DNA from: an uncultured Methanoregulaceae archaeon
Lineage (GTDB): Archaea; Halobacteriota; Methanomicrobia; Methanomicrobiales; Methanospirillaceae
Length of the DNA stretch: 64,000 nucleotides
Direction: 5' to 3'
Assembly: GCA_963701095.1 (NCBI GenBank)
Contig: OY969564.1
Coordinates: 2,208,001-2,272,000, forward strand
The notes beneath the pieces were generated by a model. That model was not told the DNA's origin, made no database searches, and was given only the letters and a program-made list of their open reading frames with translations. Within the stretch, counting starts at the first letter, position 1. Every line of letters starts with the position of its first letter. The position numbers were made by a program, and so were the translations under genes. Positions 21,376-31,545 of the stretch are shown one piece after another.

Positions 21376-22430
21376 GCGGGGAACTATCAGACATGTTTTC
21401 GGGTCTCAGGGATCGGCTGCAGGCAGCACGAAACAAGCTCAGTGAAAGTATCGGAGCCGTAGCAGAAGCAGCCCAACCGAAACCAACCGTGGATCCCGTA
21501 AAAACCAGTGATGCTGAACCAGTAATGGCTAAGAACCCGACACTGGCTGATAAAGTCCGGGTCCTCTTTATCGAACGGGAGCTGGTCGTCTCAGAAAAGG
21601 ACGTTTCCGGGGCTCTTGGCGATCTGGAGATGACATTGCTTGAAAGTGACGTCGCCCTTCCTGTTGCAGACGCTCTTGTTAAAGACATCCGCACAGGCCT
21701 TGTGGGAAAACACCGGAAGATTGGGGAATCTGTCGATGCACTTGTCGTTAAAGCCCTCAAATCCTCCCTTTTAAAGGTACTCGGCTCCGGGTTTGATCTG
21801 CCCGCGTATATCAAAACTCACGAGCGACCGGTCAAAATCCTCTTTACTGGCGTGAACGGAACCGGTAAAACCACAACCGTCGCAAAGATCGGAGCATATC
21901 TCAAGAAGCAGGGATTCTCCGTAGTGATCGGTGCCGGAGACACTTACCGGGCCGGGGCAATCGAACAGATCAGCGTGCATGCAGAACGTCTGGGTATAAA
22001 AATTATCGAGCACCAGACCGGTGCTGACCCATCTGCCGTGCTGTATGATACCGTGCAGTATGCACTGGCTCACAAAATTGATGTGGTGCTTGCGGATACT
22101 GCCGGCCGGTTCCATACCAAGGCAAACCTGATGAGCCAGCTCGAAAAGATCCGGCGTGTGATGAAGCCAGATCTTATTATTTACGTCGACGAAGCAGTAG
22201 CCGGGAACGACGCGGTAGTCCGGGCTGCAGAATTCGACCGAACTGTCGGGGCAGATGCAATTGTCCTTACCAAAGCAGATATGGATTCCCGGGGAGGGGC
22301 GGCGATCTCGATTGCCCACACCATCGGAAAACCTTTGCTTTTCCTGGGCACCGGGCAGTCGTATGAAGATATAGTCCCCTTCGAACCCGGTGCTATGGTT
22401 GAAGAACTTCTGGGAGGTGGTCCCTTATGA
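21372..22430 (+). CDS. ftsY: SRP receptor FtsY (start may be the ATG at 21393)
   Basis: GVNGTGKTTT, DTYRAGAIEQ, DTAGR, TKAD. Confidence 0.96.
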   Translation: MSGELSDMFSGLRDRLQAARNKLSESIGAVAEAAQPKPTVDPVKTSDAEPVMAKNPTLADKVRVLFIERELVVSEKDVSGALGDLEMTLLESDVALPVADALVKDIRTGLVGKHRKIGESVDALVVKALKSSLLKVLGSGFDLPAYIKTHERPVKILFTGVNGTGKTTTVAKIGAYLKKQGFSVVIGAGDTYRAGAIEQISVHAERLGIKIIEHQTGADPSAVLYDTVQYALAHKIDVVLADTAGRFHTKANLMSQLEKIRRVMKPDLIIYVDEAVAGNDAVVRAAEFDRTVGADAIVLTKADMDSRGGAAISIAHTIGKPLLFLGTGQSYEDIVPFEPGAMVEELLGGGPL

Positions 22431-23752
22431 TGGACACCTTATCGGCCTCACTTAAGGATGCCCTCAAAAAACTTGCCGGGAAAGCTGTTGTAGACCGGGC
22501 AGCCGTTGATGAACTGGTAAAAAACCTCCAGCGGGCGCTTCTCTCTGCCGATGTAAATGTTAAACTTGTGATGGATCTTTCAAAAGCTATTCGCACCCGG
22601 TCGCTTGACGAGGAACTGCCAAAAAACACTAATGTACGGGAACATGTCCTCCGCATCGTATACCAGGAACTGGTAAGGCTTGTCTTTGCTACAGCAGATC
22701 TAAAACTTGAGCCGCAGGTTATTTTGATGGCCGGCCTGCAGGGGAGCGGCAAGACCACAACGACGGCAAAGATTGCCCGCTACTTCCAGAAAAAGGGCAT
22801 GAAAGTCGGGGTGATCTGTGCCGATACATTCCGGCCTGGCGCATATGACCAGCTCTCTACCCTTTGTGCCAAGATCAATGTCCCCTGTTTTGGCAATCCC
22901 ACAACCACAGATGCACGGAAAATCGTACGTGAGGGCCTTGTAGCGATAAAAGATTTGGAAGTAATCATAGTCGATACACAGGGACGGCATGCACTTGAAC
23001 CCGATTTAATCCAGGAGATCATCGATCTTAACGTTATCACAAAAGCCAGCCACCGCTGGCTTGTAATTGATGCAGCTCTTGGTCAGCAGGCAAGCGAGCA
23101 GGCACGCCGGTTCCATGAAGCAATAGGCATCGACGGCGTGATCATAACCAAAATGGACGGCACTGCGAAAGGTGGCGGTGCGATGTCAGCCGTCGCCGAG
23201 ACAAAAAGCGGGATCGTCTTTATCGGTGCCGGGGAGACCATTGAAGACCTTGAACGATTTGATGCAAACGGATTTATCTCCCGGCTCCTTGGTATGGGTG
23301 ACTTACAGGCATTGGCGGAAAAAGTCCAGGAAGCCCAGGCAGCGACCGAGATAGACATGGACGCGATGATGAAAGGGCACTTCACCCTCCGTGACATGTA
23401 TAAACAGCTCGAAGCCCTCAATAAAATGGGCCCTCTCAAGCAGATCATGAACATGCTCCCTATGGGTAATATGCAGCTTCCCGAGGGTGTCTATGATGTT
23501 ACCAGCACCAAGATGGTGCGGTACCGGATTCTCATGGATTCGATGACACCCCAGGAGCTCGATGATCCCAGCATTATTTCCAGTTCGCGGATGCAGCGGA
23601 TTGCACGAGGTGCCGGGGGCACTCCCGAAGAAGTAAGAGAGCTTATAAAATATTATAAGATGATGCACAAAACCCTTAAAGGGCTCCGGGGAGCTGCTGG
23701 CGGGAAATTCAATATGCAGCGACTGATGAAGCGTTTCTCCGGAATGCAATGA
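22427..23752 (+). CDS. srp54: Signal recognition particle protein Srp54
   Basis: GLQGSGKTTT, DTFRPGA, TKMDG.AKGGG, Met-rich M domain. Confidence 0.97.
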   Translation: MMDTLSASLKDALKKLAGKAVVDRAAVDELVKNLQRALLSADVNVKLVMDLSKAIRTRSLDEELPKNTNVREHVLRIVYQELVRLVFATADLKLEPQVILMAGLQGSGKTTTTAKIARYFQKKGMKVGVICADTFRPGAYDQLSTLCAKINVPCFGNPTTTDARKIVREGLVAIKDLEVIIVDTQGRHALEPDLIQEIIDLNVITKASHRWLVIDAALGQQASEQARRFHEAIGIDGVIITKMDGTAKGGGAMSAVAETKSGIVFIGAGETIEDLERFDANGFISRLLGMGDLQALAEKVQEAQAATEIDMDAMMKGHFTLRDMYKQLEALNKMGPLKQIMNMLPMGNMQLPEGVYDVTSTKMVRYRILMDSMTPQELDDPSIISSSRMQRIARGAGGTPEEVRELIKYYKMMHKTLKGLRGAAGGKFNMQRLMKRFSGMQ

Positions 23753-24324
23753 CCTCGTTTGCCATAATAGGACACCTTGCCCTTACCGATGGGGATTTTT
23801 CCTTAAACGATCTCCCCGGGGCAGGGCGCATGGATGTACTTTGCCGGTGTGTGAATGCCTCGTTCTTTCTCTCCCACGACCTTCGCCGGGATGTAGACTG
23901 TTATCTGGTTCTTCTTGGGAAGTCCAAAGCGCCAAGGACCCTGTTGTTCCGGGGAAACGAGATGCGTTCACTCTCACCGGATGAACGAAGTGCCGGGGCA
24001 CTCATAAAAAAAGGGTTGTCCATTCCCTGTGGGAGCGAATTTCGGGAAGCAGCACCCGGAGTCTATGTGAGAAACACCGGTCTCGACCGCCTTTTTGCGG
24101 AGCATACGTTTGCAGTGCTTGATGAAAACGGCACTGATATACGGACAGTAACGACAATGCCGGACGCATTCCTACTCTCTGACCACCAGAATTTTTCAGA
24201 TGATGAGGAATCTCTCATAAAAAATGCTTCACAGTATTCGGTGGGCCCGGTATGCCTGCACGCCGATCACACTATTACCGTTATCTCAAATGAAATCGAC
24301 CGGAGGAAAAACGGATGGAAATAA
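23749..24324 (+). CDS. trmY: tRNA (pseudouridine54-N1)-methyltransferase
   Basis: LNDLPG.GRMDV.CRC, LSH.LR.D, PDERS, LSDH, LHADH. Confidence 0.93.
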   Translation: MTSFAIIGHLALTDGDFSLNDLPGAGRMDVLCRCVNASFFLSHDLRRDVDCYLVLLGKSKAPRTLLFRGNEMRSLSPDERSAGALIKKGLSIPCGSEFREAAPGVYVRNTGLDRLFAEHTFAVLDENGTDIRTVTTMPDAFLLSDHQNFSDDEESLIKNASQYSVGPVCLHADHTITVISNEIDRRKNGWK

Positions 24325-25544
24325 ACGAACAGGTTGAAAAGATCCTCGCTTATGGGGATTGCTGTGATCACTGCCTCGGCCGGTTTTTCGGGAAGCGGTC
24401 CCATGGTCTCGGCAATGATGAACGGGGAAAGGGGCTCCGGGTTGCCCATGCTCTTGCGGCAAACCAACCCTATATTCCTATATCCACCTGTTGGATCTGC
24501 GGAAACTTCTTCGAAGATATAACCGGATGGGCGCATAAGGTCTCCCGAGCACTGGAATGTTACGAATACGCGACGTTCCTTGTAGGGTGCAGGGTGCCCC
24601 CGCTTATTGCTGAGAACGAAGAGATGGTCTGGAGCGACCTTTCCCTGAGCGATCCTGAGCCCTTTAAGTCTGAAGTTAACAGGGAAGTGGGAAAGGCGGT
24701 TTCTGCGATCACGGGAAAGGTTGTGGATTTCAAAAAACCTGATGTTATTGTTCTTCTCGATCCATCTACCGATACTGTGGAAGTCCAGATAAATTCCCTT
24801 TTCTTTTATGGCAGGTACCAGAAATTCGAGCGCGGTATACCGCAGACCCACTGGAACTGCCGGACCTGTAAGGGGGCAGGTTGCGAAAAGTGCAATTATA
24901 CCGGCAAGCAGTATCTGGATTCCGTGGAAGAACTTATCGGCAGGCCTGCAATAGAGGCATTTGACGCCGATGATGCTGTCCTTCACGGGGCAGGCAGGGA
25001 AGATATCGATGCACGTATGATCGGTACTGGCCGGCCTTTCATTCTTGAAATAGTTGCCCCGAAAAAACGTTCAGTTGATCTGAAATCTCTTGAAGCAGAG
25101 ATAAACCGAACCGCAGATGGCCGGGTAGCGGTTACCCTTTCACACTGGAGCAACCGGTCTGATGTGGAAACCCTTAAATCAAGTAAAGCGCATAAAAAAT
25201 ACAGGATCCTGGTCGAGGTCGATGGGCAGGTACCGGCAGAAATGCTGGCAAATGCCCTGAATACCTTAAAGGGCGTCACAATACAGCAGCGCACGCCCGA
25301 ACGGGTCGCCCACCGGAGAGCAGACAAAATCCGGGAGCGTAAAGTCCTCGATATTGAGTGTGTAGGGGAACAGGATGGACAGTTTATCCTAGAAATCCTT
25401 GGCGAAGCCGGCCTCTACATCAAGGAACTCATATCAGGAGATAAGGGAAGGACCACCCCGAGTCTTGCCGAGATCCTGCAGCAAGCGGCGCACGTCACCA
25501 GCCTTGATGTCGTGCATGTTGAAGGACCAAAGGAGGGAGATTAA
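24315..25544 (+). CDS. pus10: tRNA pseudouridine 54/55 synthase Pus10
   Basis: C..CLGR, GRY.K..RGIPQT.W, HGAGRED.DARM.G.GRPF, QQRTP.RV, GLYIKEL. Confidence 0.95.
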   Translation: MEINEQVEKILAYGDCCDHCLGRFFGKRSHGLGNDERGKGLRVAHALAANQPYIPISTCWICGNFFEDITGWAHKVSRALECYEYATFLVGCRVPPLIAENEEMVWSDLSLSDPEPFKSEVNREVGKAVSAITGKVVDFKKPDVIVLLDPSTDTVEVQINSLFFYGRYQKFERGIPQTHWNCRTCKGAGCEKCNYTGKQYLDSVEELIGRPAIEAFDADDAVLHGAGREDIDARMIGTGRPFILEIVAPKKRSVDLKSLEAEINRTADGRVAVTLSHWSNRSDVETLKSSKAHKKYRILVEVDGQVPAEMLANALNTLKGVTIQQRTPERVAHRRADKIRERKVLDIECVGEQDGQFILEILGEAGLYIKELISGDKGRTTPSLAEILQQAAHVTSLDVVHVEGPKEGD

Positions 25545-25546
25545 CA

Positions 25547-25837
25547 ATGGCACACCACAATGGACCAAGAAAGAAAACACGGTATAAATTCAAGAAAGAT
25601 TTGAGACAACGCGGGCTGCCGCCGGTTACCTCCGTCATCCAGCAGTTCGAGATTGGCGCGAAAGTTCACATCGTCGTGAATCCAAGCATCCAGAAAGGTA
25701 TGCCGCACCGCCGTTTCCACGGGCTTACGGGCACGGTTCTCGGCAAACGCGGGCGGGCATGGATGCTCTCCATTAAAGACGGCAATGCGGAAAAGACGGT
25801 CATTGCACGACCGCAACATCTAAAAGCACAAAAGTAA
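25547..25837 (+). CDS. rpl21e: 50S ribosomal protein L21e
   Basis: GPR..TR, GMPH.RFHG.TG.V, RPQHL. Confidence 0.97.
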   Translation: MAHHNGPRKKTRYKFKKDLRQRGLPPVTSVIQQFEIGAKVHIVVNPSIQKGMPHRRFHGLTGTVLGKRGRAWMLSIKDGNAEKTVIARPQHLKAQK

Positions 25838-25849
25838 ACTCATTGACAG

Positions 25850-26209
25850 GTGATTGGCATGAAAGTGAAGGGTATTATTAGCGAAGAAAAGGTTACGCTC
25901 CCTGAACTCCGCTCAACTCTTATGGGCGTGGAATCAGAGAGAATCGCTGCCGAAAAGGAGTTGTCCTATGAATTCAGGCGCAGTATGGATCATGCCAACC
26001 ATCTTGCCAAGACCACACCTGATAAATCCAAAGAACTCGTGGATAAACTCCTGAAACTCGAGAAAATGAAGCCGGAAATCGCATACCGGATAGCAAATAT
26101 CATGCCCAAGAGCCGGGATGAAGTACGGGCGATTTTTGCAAAAGAGCGCTTCACCCTTTCTCCCGAAGAGATTGATTCTATCATCGATCTGGTCATGGCT
26201 CACTTCTGA
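25850..26209 (+). CDS. rpoF: RNA polymerase subunit Rpo4 (F)
   Basis: ELSYE.RR..DH, IANIMP...DEVRAIFAKE; follows rpl21e. Confidence 0.92.
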   Translation: MIGMKVKGIISEEKVTLPELRSTLMGVESERIAAEKELSYEFRRSMDHANHLAKTTPDKSKELVDKLLKLEKMKPEIAYRIANIMPKSRDEVRAIFAKERFTLSPEEIDSIIDLVMAHF

Positions 26210-26219
26210 GGTGCAGATC

Positions 26220-26783
26220 ATGAAGATCGAGAAAAAAGAGGTCAACGCGATTATACTGGATGTGCTCATGAAAGGGCACGCTGAGGATCCCCGGCCACAG
26301 TTCAAACGTGAACCTTTAGTTCAGGCGATGGGTGTTGAGCAGTTCAAACTCCTCGAAATGATCCCCAAATCCGGCGTTGTCATCAACCTTCACGATAAAG
26401 TATACATCGGGGATTCCGAGCGAGACAAAATCGAACGGGTCAAGCGCCGGATAAGCTACGAGGAGCTGACCCAGACTGCCCGGGGAGAACTGCCTTTTAT
26501 GATTGAACAGGTCGTAAAAGAGCGGGAGCAGGACTTTGTCACGTTCTTTAACAAGGCTATATCAATCACCCCCAAACTCCACATGCTTCATCTACTGCCT
26601 GGCATAGGGAAGAAACTGATGTGGGAGGTGCTTGAAGCCCGGAACAAGAAACCCTTTGAAAGTTTCGCTGACATTTCTGCCCGGATCAAATCGATACCGC
26701 ACCCGGAGAAAATGATCCAGGCAAGAATCCTTGAAGAGCTTCAGGATAAGGAAGTAAAATATCACCTCTTCACGACAAAATGA
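26220..26783 (+). CDS. DUF655 family putative RNA-binding protein
   Basis: ATG at 26220; QA.G..F.LLE, H.L.LLPGIGKK, KPFESF.DI. Confidence 0.92.
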   Translation: MKIEKKEVNAIILDVLMKGHAEDPRPQFKREPLVQAMGVEQFKLLEMIPKSGVVINLHDKVYIGDSERDKIERVKRRISYEELTQTARGELPFMIEQVVKEREQDFVTFFNKAISITPKLHMLHLLPGIGKKLMWEVLEARNKKPFESFADISARIKSIPHPEKMIQARILEELQDKEVKYHLFTTK

Positions 26784-27544
26784 AAGCCTATCACGATCAG
26801 CACTTCCTTATCGATAAGAATGCCGTCAACCGGATTGCGGATCTTGTCGATGTTAAAGGTAAGGAGGTCCTGGAGGTTGGGCCGGGAAACGGAGCCCTGA
26901 CCCGGGCTCTCATCGAACGCAGCGCCATTGTCCATGCAATAGAGCTCGATGGACAACTGTGCGAAGGGCTCGCCGAGACTTTTGCGAAAGAAATAGAAGA
27001 CGGGGCACTCACGGTTACGCACGGCGATGCTACCCGGTGCGATCTTCCCCCTTTTGAGATAGTAGTATCCAACCTCCCCTACTCAGTCTCTTCGAAAATA
27101 ACCTTTCGTCTTCTCGATGCCGGGTTTACCGTCGGCGTCCTGATGTACCAGGAGGAGTTTGCCCGGCGGATGGCTGCCCCGGCTGGTACAAAGGAATGCG
27201 GACGGCTCTCGATAATGGTCCAGACGTATGCAACCGTGCAGCAGTGCTTTACGCTTCCCCCCAGCTGTTTCTCACCAAAGCCACAGGTGCATTCGATGGT
27301 TGTGAAGATTACCCCCCGGCCGCCCATTTTTGGTGTAAACGACAAGAAAAAGTATGCGGACGTAGTACGTGCACTTTTCACCCACCGGAGAAAGACAGTA
27401 AAAAACGGTCTGAAAGGATCGTCAGGGATCCTGAACCGGGACTGGGCGGAGATGGCTATTGCTGCGCTTCCTGAAGAGATCCTCAAAAGCCTGCCGGAAG
27501 AATTATACCTCGAAGATTTCTCAACGATAGCGAATCTCGAGTAG
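26780..27544 (+). CDS. rsmA: 16S rRNA adenine dimethyltransferase RsmA/KsgA
   Basis: DQHFL, VLEVGPG.GALT, VSNLPYSVSS, GRLS, F.P.P.V.S, RRK. Confidence 0.95.
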   Translation: MKAYHDQHFLIDKNAVNRIADLVDVKGKEVLEVGPGNGALTRALIERSAIVHAIELDGQLCEGLAETFAKEIEDGALTVTHGDATRCDLPPFEIVVSNLPYSVSSKITFRLLDAGFTVGVLMYQEEFARRMAAPAGTKECGRLSIMVQTYATVQQCFTLPPSCFSPKPQVHSMVVKITPRPPIFGVNDKKKYADVVRALFTHRRKTVKNGLKGSSGILNRDWAEMAIAALPEEILKSLPEELYLEDFSTIANLE

Positions 27545-27695
27545 TACGAGTCTGTAAAGTCTGCATGCGGCAATATATTTTCCTCATTAAAGGCTTAATA
27601 TAACCCCCCGCAAACTTGACAGAGCTATAAAAAATATGACTTAAATACTAAGGGTTGATCGGGTACTCTCGCATAGCACAGGTGAGGATCTCATT

Positions 27696-27713
27696 TTCGA
27701 TACGCGTATCGAA
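27696..27713. repeat. Perfect 18-bp palindrome TTCGATACGCGTATCGAA
   Basis: Sequence equals its own reverse complement; intergenic. Confidence 0.85.
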
Positions 27714-27923
27714 TCAACCGCAAGAGGCGGCCGGGCTGTATTGCGTAAATATTTTCCCTGAGTGTCCGGATTCGCAAAATGACGTATTTACTTACAGATC
27801 TTGCTACAAGAAAGGAAGTATTTAGCAAGCCTGACGCGATGATAGCTCATTCTTATTGGTATAAACGATATTTTATATCGTGATAATTTTGAAAAATAGT
27901 ACCGCGGGAGGAGGGTAACTGAA

Positions 27924-28676
27924 GTGGATCTCGCATTATTTTTCCAGGAGCAGGGCGTCGATGTTTTCTCGGAAGTCAGTATCGATACCCTCTCAGATAA
28001 AGACCGGTCATTCGTAGTGCAATTTTTTCCGGGCGCCCGTTTCGTGATCGTTTTCGGGAAGGAAGTTCCGGCGACGATATACCTTATGATGCCCAAGGAG
28101 AAAACACAGGGGATGCTCCGGATTGCTGAGGAACTTAATAAAACTGCTGTCAGGCTTGCTGCCTGCATGGAATCTGAACATATTCCGGCCCTGCCGGTAC
28201 CGTTGTACCTGCCTATCAGAGTGACTGATGGGAGCGTGCAGGGAGTTGTGCGGTTAAAACAGGTGGCAGCAGCCGGCGGCCTCGGATCACTTGGCAGGAG
28301 TACCGTTCTCCTCTCGCCGAAGTTCGGCCCGAGGCTGATGCTGAGTGGTGTCGTAACCGGGCACACTGCCTGCGAATCCGGTCAAGCACAAGGGAGTGCC
28401 CAGAGAGAAGATGTCCCAGCCTGCGTAGAATGCGGACAGTGCGTCAGTATGTGCCCGGAAGGAGCATTGGGGCCGGCAGGTTGCGACGCTTTCAGGTGCC
28501 GGATCGTTCATGCCTGGATTCCATCCGTTTTGGTTCCGGCCACAAAATGGATGTTGGCACGGAGGATATTTTTGAAATGCATGGCCCCATTTGCGCCCTG
28601 GATCGCACGGACAGCCACGATCCGTTGTAGTCTCTGTGTCACAAAATGCCCGAAATTTCTAGAGATAACTGGATAG
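27924..28676 (+). CDS. QueG/reductive-dehalogenase-like 4Fe-4S protein
   Basis: A.AGGLG.LGRS..LLSP.FGPRL.L..V.T; CVECGQCVSMCP; C...CSLCVTKCP. Confidence 0.8.
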   Translation: MDLALFFQEQGVDVFSEVSIDTLSDKDRSFVVQFFPGARFVIVFGKEVPATIYLMMPKEKTQGMLRIAEELNKTAVRLAACMESEHIPALPVPLYLPIRVTDGSVQGVVRLKQVAAAGGLGSLGRSTVLLSPKFGPRLMLSGVVTGHTACESGQAQGSAQREDVPACVECGQCVSMCPEGALGPAGCDAFRCRIVHAWIPSVLVPATKWMLARRIFLKCMAPFAPWIARTATIRCSLCVTKCPKFLEITG

Positions 28677-29076
28677 GAAATAAGATTTACCCTCTTTTGT
28701 ATGAAAAAGAATCGCACGTTTCCTAATTGACGTGAGGATTTAACCCTTCACCTCCCCTACCCGGTACCAAAACCAAATACGGTTTTGTCAAGTCTTCGGT
28801 AGTTTGTAATTTTTCTTCGCCATATTAAAAGTTTGAACTGCCGATAACATGACAGAACCCGACCATATTAAGGCATATAGCCAGTCCCTCTACAAGGGCA
28901 AGGAGGACATTCAAAATATGTAAGTTATACTTCATGTGCGTCATGCTATCTTCCCATAACAGTATACATCCTGAGAAAAGGCAGAGATTACACAAGAGGA
29001 CTGAAACCTCCTCTTTTCCCTCTATAAATCTCTAACAGGTTTTTGACAAATAATCAAAAAAGGCATACAGAACCTC

Positions 29077-30774
29077 TTATTCAATCTTAAGTTTCTCAGG
29101 GAGGAACGATTGCATCAGCTGTTCTATGTGGCCATAGGTCTTCTTGTGATCAACATAGATCCTGAAGGAGCCACCATTCCCTACTGTGATATGCAGGTGC
29201 CCGGAGAGCAGAACCGGTTTTTTCAGATCAATTTTCGTTATCTGGTATTTCTCGGCTTCAAAGATCTTCAGTTTCTCGAGATCTTCGATAGATTTCTGGC
29301 GTATATCCACGGTCGACCCAAAGAGTTCTTCAACCATGAACGTCCTGAACTGGACCCCCTGGCCGGTCTCGACATCAAGAGCGGGGTCGCGGATAACAAT
29401 GAGCCGCTTATTGGTGACATACACGCCGTACCCCCCGGATGATGAACCAATGGCCCCGGCTATGGCACCACCAAGTCCTTCTCCGGAAATTTTGAGCGAA
29501 AGACTCGATATACCCCCAATGTACTCTTCCTTTTCGGGGCCACCCTGCGGGGGTTCGCCAATAGTAACTGCTTCGATGGCTGCGATAAGCGTGCCGTTTG
29601 CATCGAAAACGGGGGAGCCCTTACCCCATAACAACAGCGGTTTCCCCTTAATAATGACATGTTCCATGTCACCGATATAGGCATCCCCGACTTTCTTGAC
29701 CCCGGCACCCGACGTCTTTGACGGCCGGATAATATGATCGATAAGCATCGGGACCGCTTTTCCATAAAAGGGGACGGCATATGCACCGTCTCCTTTGCCA
29801 ATCATCGCTGAGTGAGGAATGCCCGTCAGCTCCTCGAGCCCGCGGTTCCAGGCAATAATAATACCATTCCTGTCAACGGCAAAGACAGGCGTGTCGACGG
29901 ACTGGATGTTCTCCACAAGACCGCTCCACTGGACTTTTTCTGATGCAGGTGCCGGTGGCGTTACCGGAACCTGTGCACCTTCTGTCACAGGTTCCGGGCG
30001 GCCGATACGGACCAATCCTTCGGTGCTCCTGCCGGAGATCTGATATTCCGTGACCACACTACCGGTAAAAAGCCCGTGGTACTTCAATTGTAAAAGAGCA
30101 GATTTTCCATCAGGTCCCGCCATATGATGTTCTATAAGGACATCGGGCTGTGCAGCGGAAAGCTTCTGCAGGCCGAGGAGGACGCCCTTCTGCTCGTTCT
30201 CCGGGATAAAAGAAAAGAAATTACTTACCGGCATATCGGCAGGAGATAATCCAAAGAAACTGAGACCTGCTTCGTTTGCGAAACGAAACATGCCCTCAGG
30301 ATCAACACGACAGATGATATCATGTACGTTCTCAACAATCGACTGATAGTACCGGTTCTGTTCCGGCACGACACTTTCGGTACTCCGCTGAGAGACGGTA
30401 TTTCGTATAAAATCGACAAGCTTGACAAAGCCCTCGGCCGGGTTTACGCCTTTCTGGAAATAATAGTCAGCGCCGGCATTTACCGAATCGATAGCAATGC
30501 TCGCAAGCCGTTTAGCAGTCATCATCACAAAAGGAGTCTTGTAGCCACGTCTACGGATCTCCCGAAGCAGTGTAAGGCCATCCATTTCCGGCATGGAATA
30601 GTCCGCAACGATGACATCAAAATGAGTGGATTCGATACGCCGCAACGCCTCTTTTGCGCTGGAGACTGAAACGATGGAAAACTCATCCTCTCGTCCAAGT
30701 CTTTGCGAAAAGGCGTCAAGGAAGAGCGGCTCGTCATCGACACATAAGATGGATATCGTATCGGCTTTTTGCAT
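29077..30774 (-). CDS. Signalling protein REC-PAS-PAS with C-terminal PH-like domain, no kinase
   Basis: ILCVDDE..FDVIVADYSMPEMDG receiver; two PAS domains (FRFANEA; IAWNRGLEELTG); tail YGVYVTNKRLI. Confidence 0.8.
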   Translation of the reverse strand: MQKADTISILCVDDEPLFLDAFSQRLGREDEFSIVSVSSAKEALRRIESTHFDVIVADYSMPEMDGLTLLREIRRRGYKTPFVMMTAKRLASIAIDSVNAGADYYFQKGVNPAEGFVKLVDFIRNTVSQRSTESVVPEQNRYYQSIVENVHDIICRVDPEGMFRFANEAGLSFFGLSPADMPVSNFFSFIPENEQKGVLLGLQKLSAAQPDVLIEHHMAGPDGKSALLQLKYHGLFTGSVVTEYQISGRSTEGLVRIGRPEPVTEGAQVPVTPPAPASEKVQWSGLVENIQSVDTPVFAVDRNGIIIAWNRGLEELTGIPHSAMIGKGDGAYAVPFYGKAVPMLIDHIIRPSKTSGAGVKKVGDAYIGDMEHVIIKGKPLLLWGKGSPVFDANGTLIAAIEAVTIGEPPQGGPEKEEYIGGISSLSLKISGEGLGGAIAGAIGSSSGGYGVYVTNKRLIVIRDPALDVETGQGVQFRTFMVEELFGSTVDIRQKSIEDLEKLKIFEAEKYQITKIDLKKPVLLSGHLHITVGNGGSFRIYVDHKKTYGHIEQLMQSFLPEKLKIE

Positions 30775-30979
30775 CCGGTTTCCCTCAAAGTTCGATGTAA
30801 TTTCTATTTCGAGAGGTAAAATAGATTGTGAATTATATGGGGGCTTTTCAGGTTCTTTGCGTTTACCGCATCCAAAGAATTTGTCTCAATCTTATCTTGC
30901 ATAATGCCTATTTTGAACAAAAGCAACTTTGACAACAAGGAAATGGCTGTTGTTTTTGTGAAATGGGAAAAAAGGGAAT

Positions 30980-31294
30980 TTACAGGTCGATGAACACTTC
31001 TCCTTTTTCAAGAGTGACGTGGAACGAAGGTTCAGAGTTCTTCGCCGGGCCATGTACTGCTTCACCGGTTTTGATACTGAACTTGGATCCATGACAGGGA
31101 CACCGCACGATTTCACCTTCGAGTTTCCCTCCTGATAACCTGCACCCGTTATGGGTGCATACGTTACCGATGGCAAAAAATTGGTCACCAACTTTTGCAA
31201 TGAGAATCTGTTTGTCGTCGATTGTTACACCATGAAGCGGTGCATTTGCCAGATCGCTCACTTTGCCGATTGACTTTTTCACTGTCTTTTGCAT
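30980..31294 (-). CDS. Rieske-type [2Fe-2S] ferredoxin
   Basis: CTH.G..L and CPCHGSKF Rieske boxes; ATG at 31294. Confidence 0.92.
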   Translation of the reverse strand: MQKTVKKSIGKVSDLANAPLHGVTIDDKQILIAKVGDQFFAIGNVCTHNGCRLSGGKLEGEIVRCPCHGSKFSIKTGEAVHGPAKNSEPSFHVTLEKGEVFIDL

Positions 31295-31545
31295 AGGACT
31301 CACGTTTCCTTTGCGATTAACGTGCACATCCTGCAATAAAATATATAAAAGTATTTTTACTGCTCTTTTTTGTGTCTGACGAAATGTATGCAGGTGAGTA
31401 TGTCAAGGGTATGGATAGCGGTGCTAGTTCCGGGAGGGAGAATTTGTCACCGGAGTGAGAAAGGATACATCAGGATAAAAAGTATACTATCACACACGTT
31501 TGTCCCTATCGCATGCTTCATTATTCCAGATGCCCATTTCGTTGT

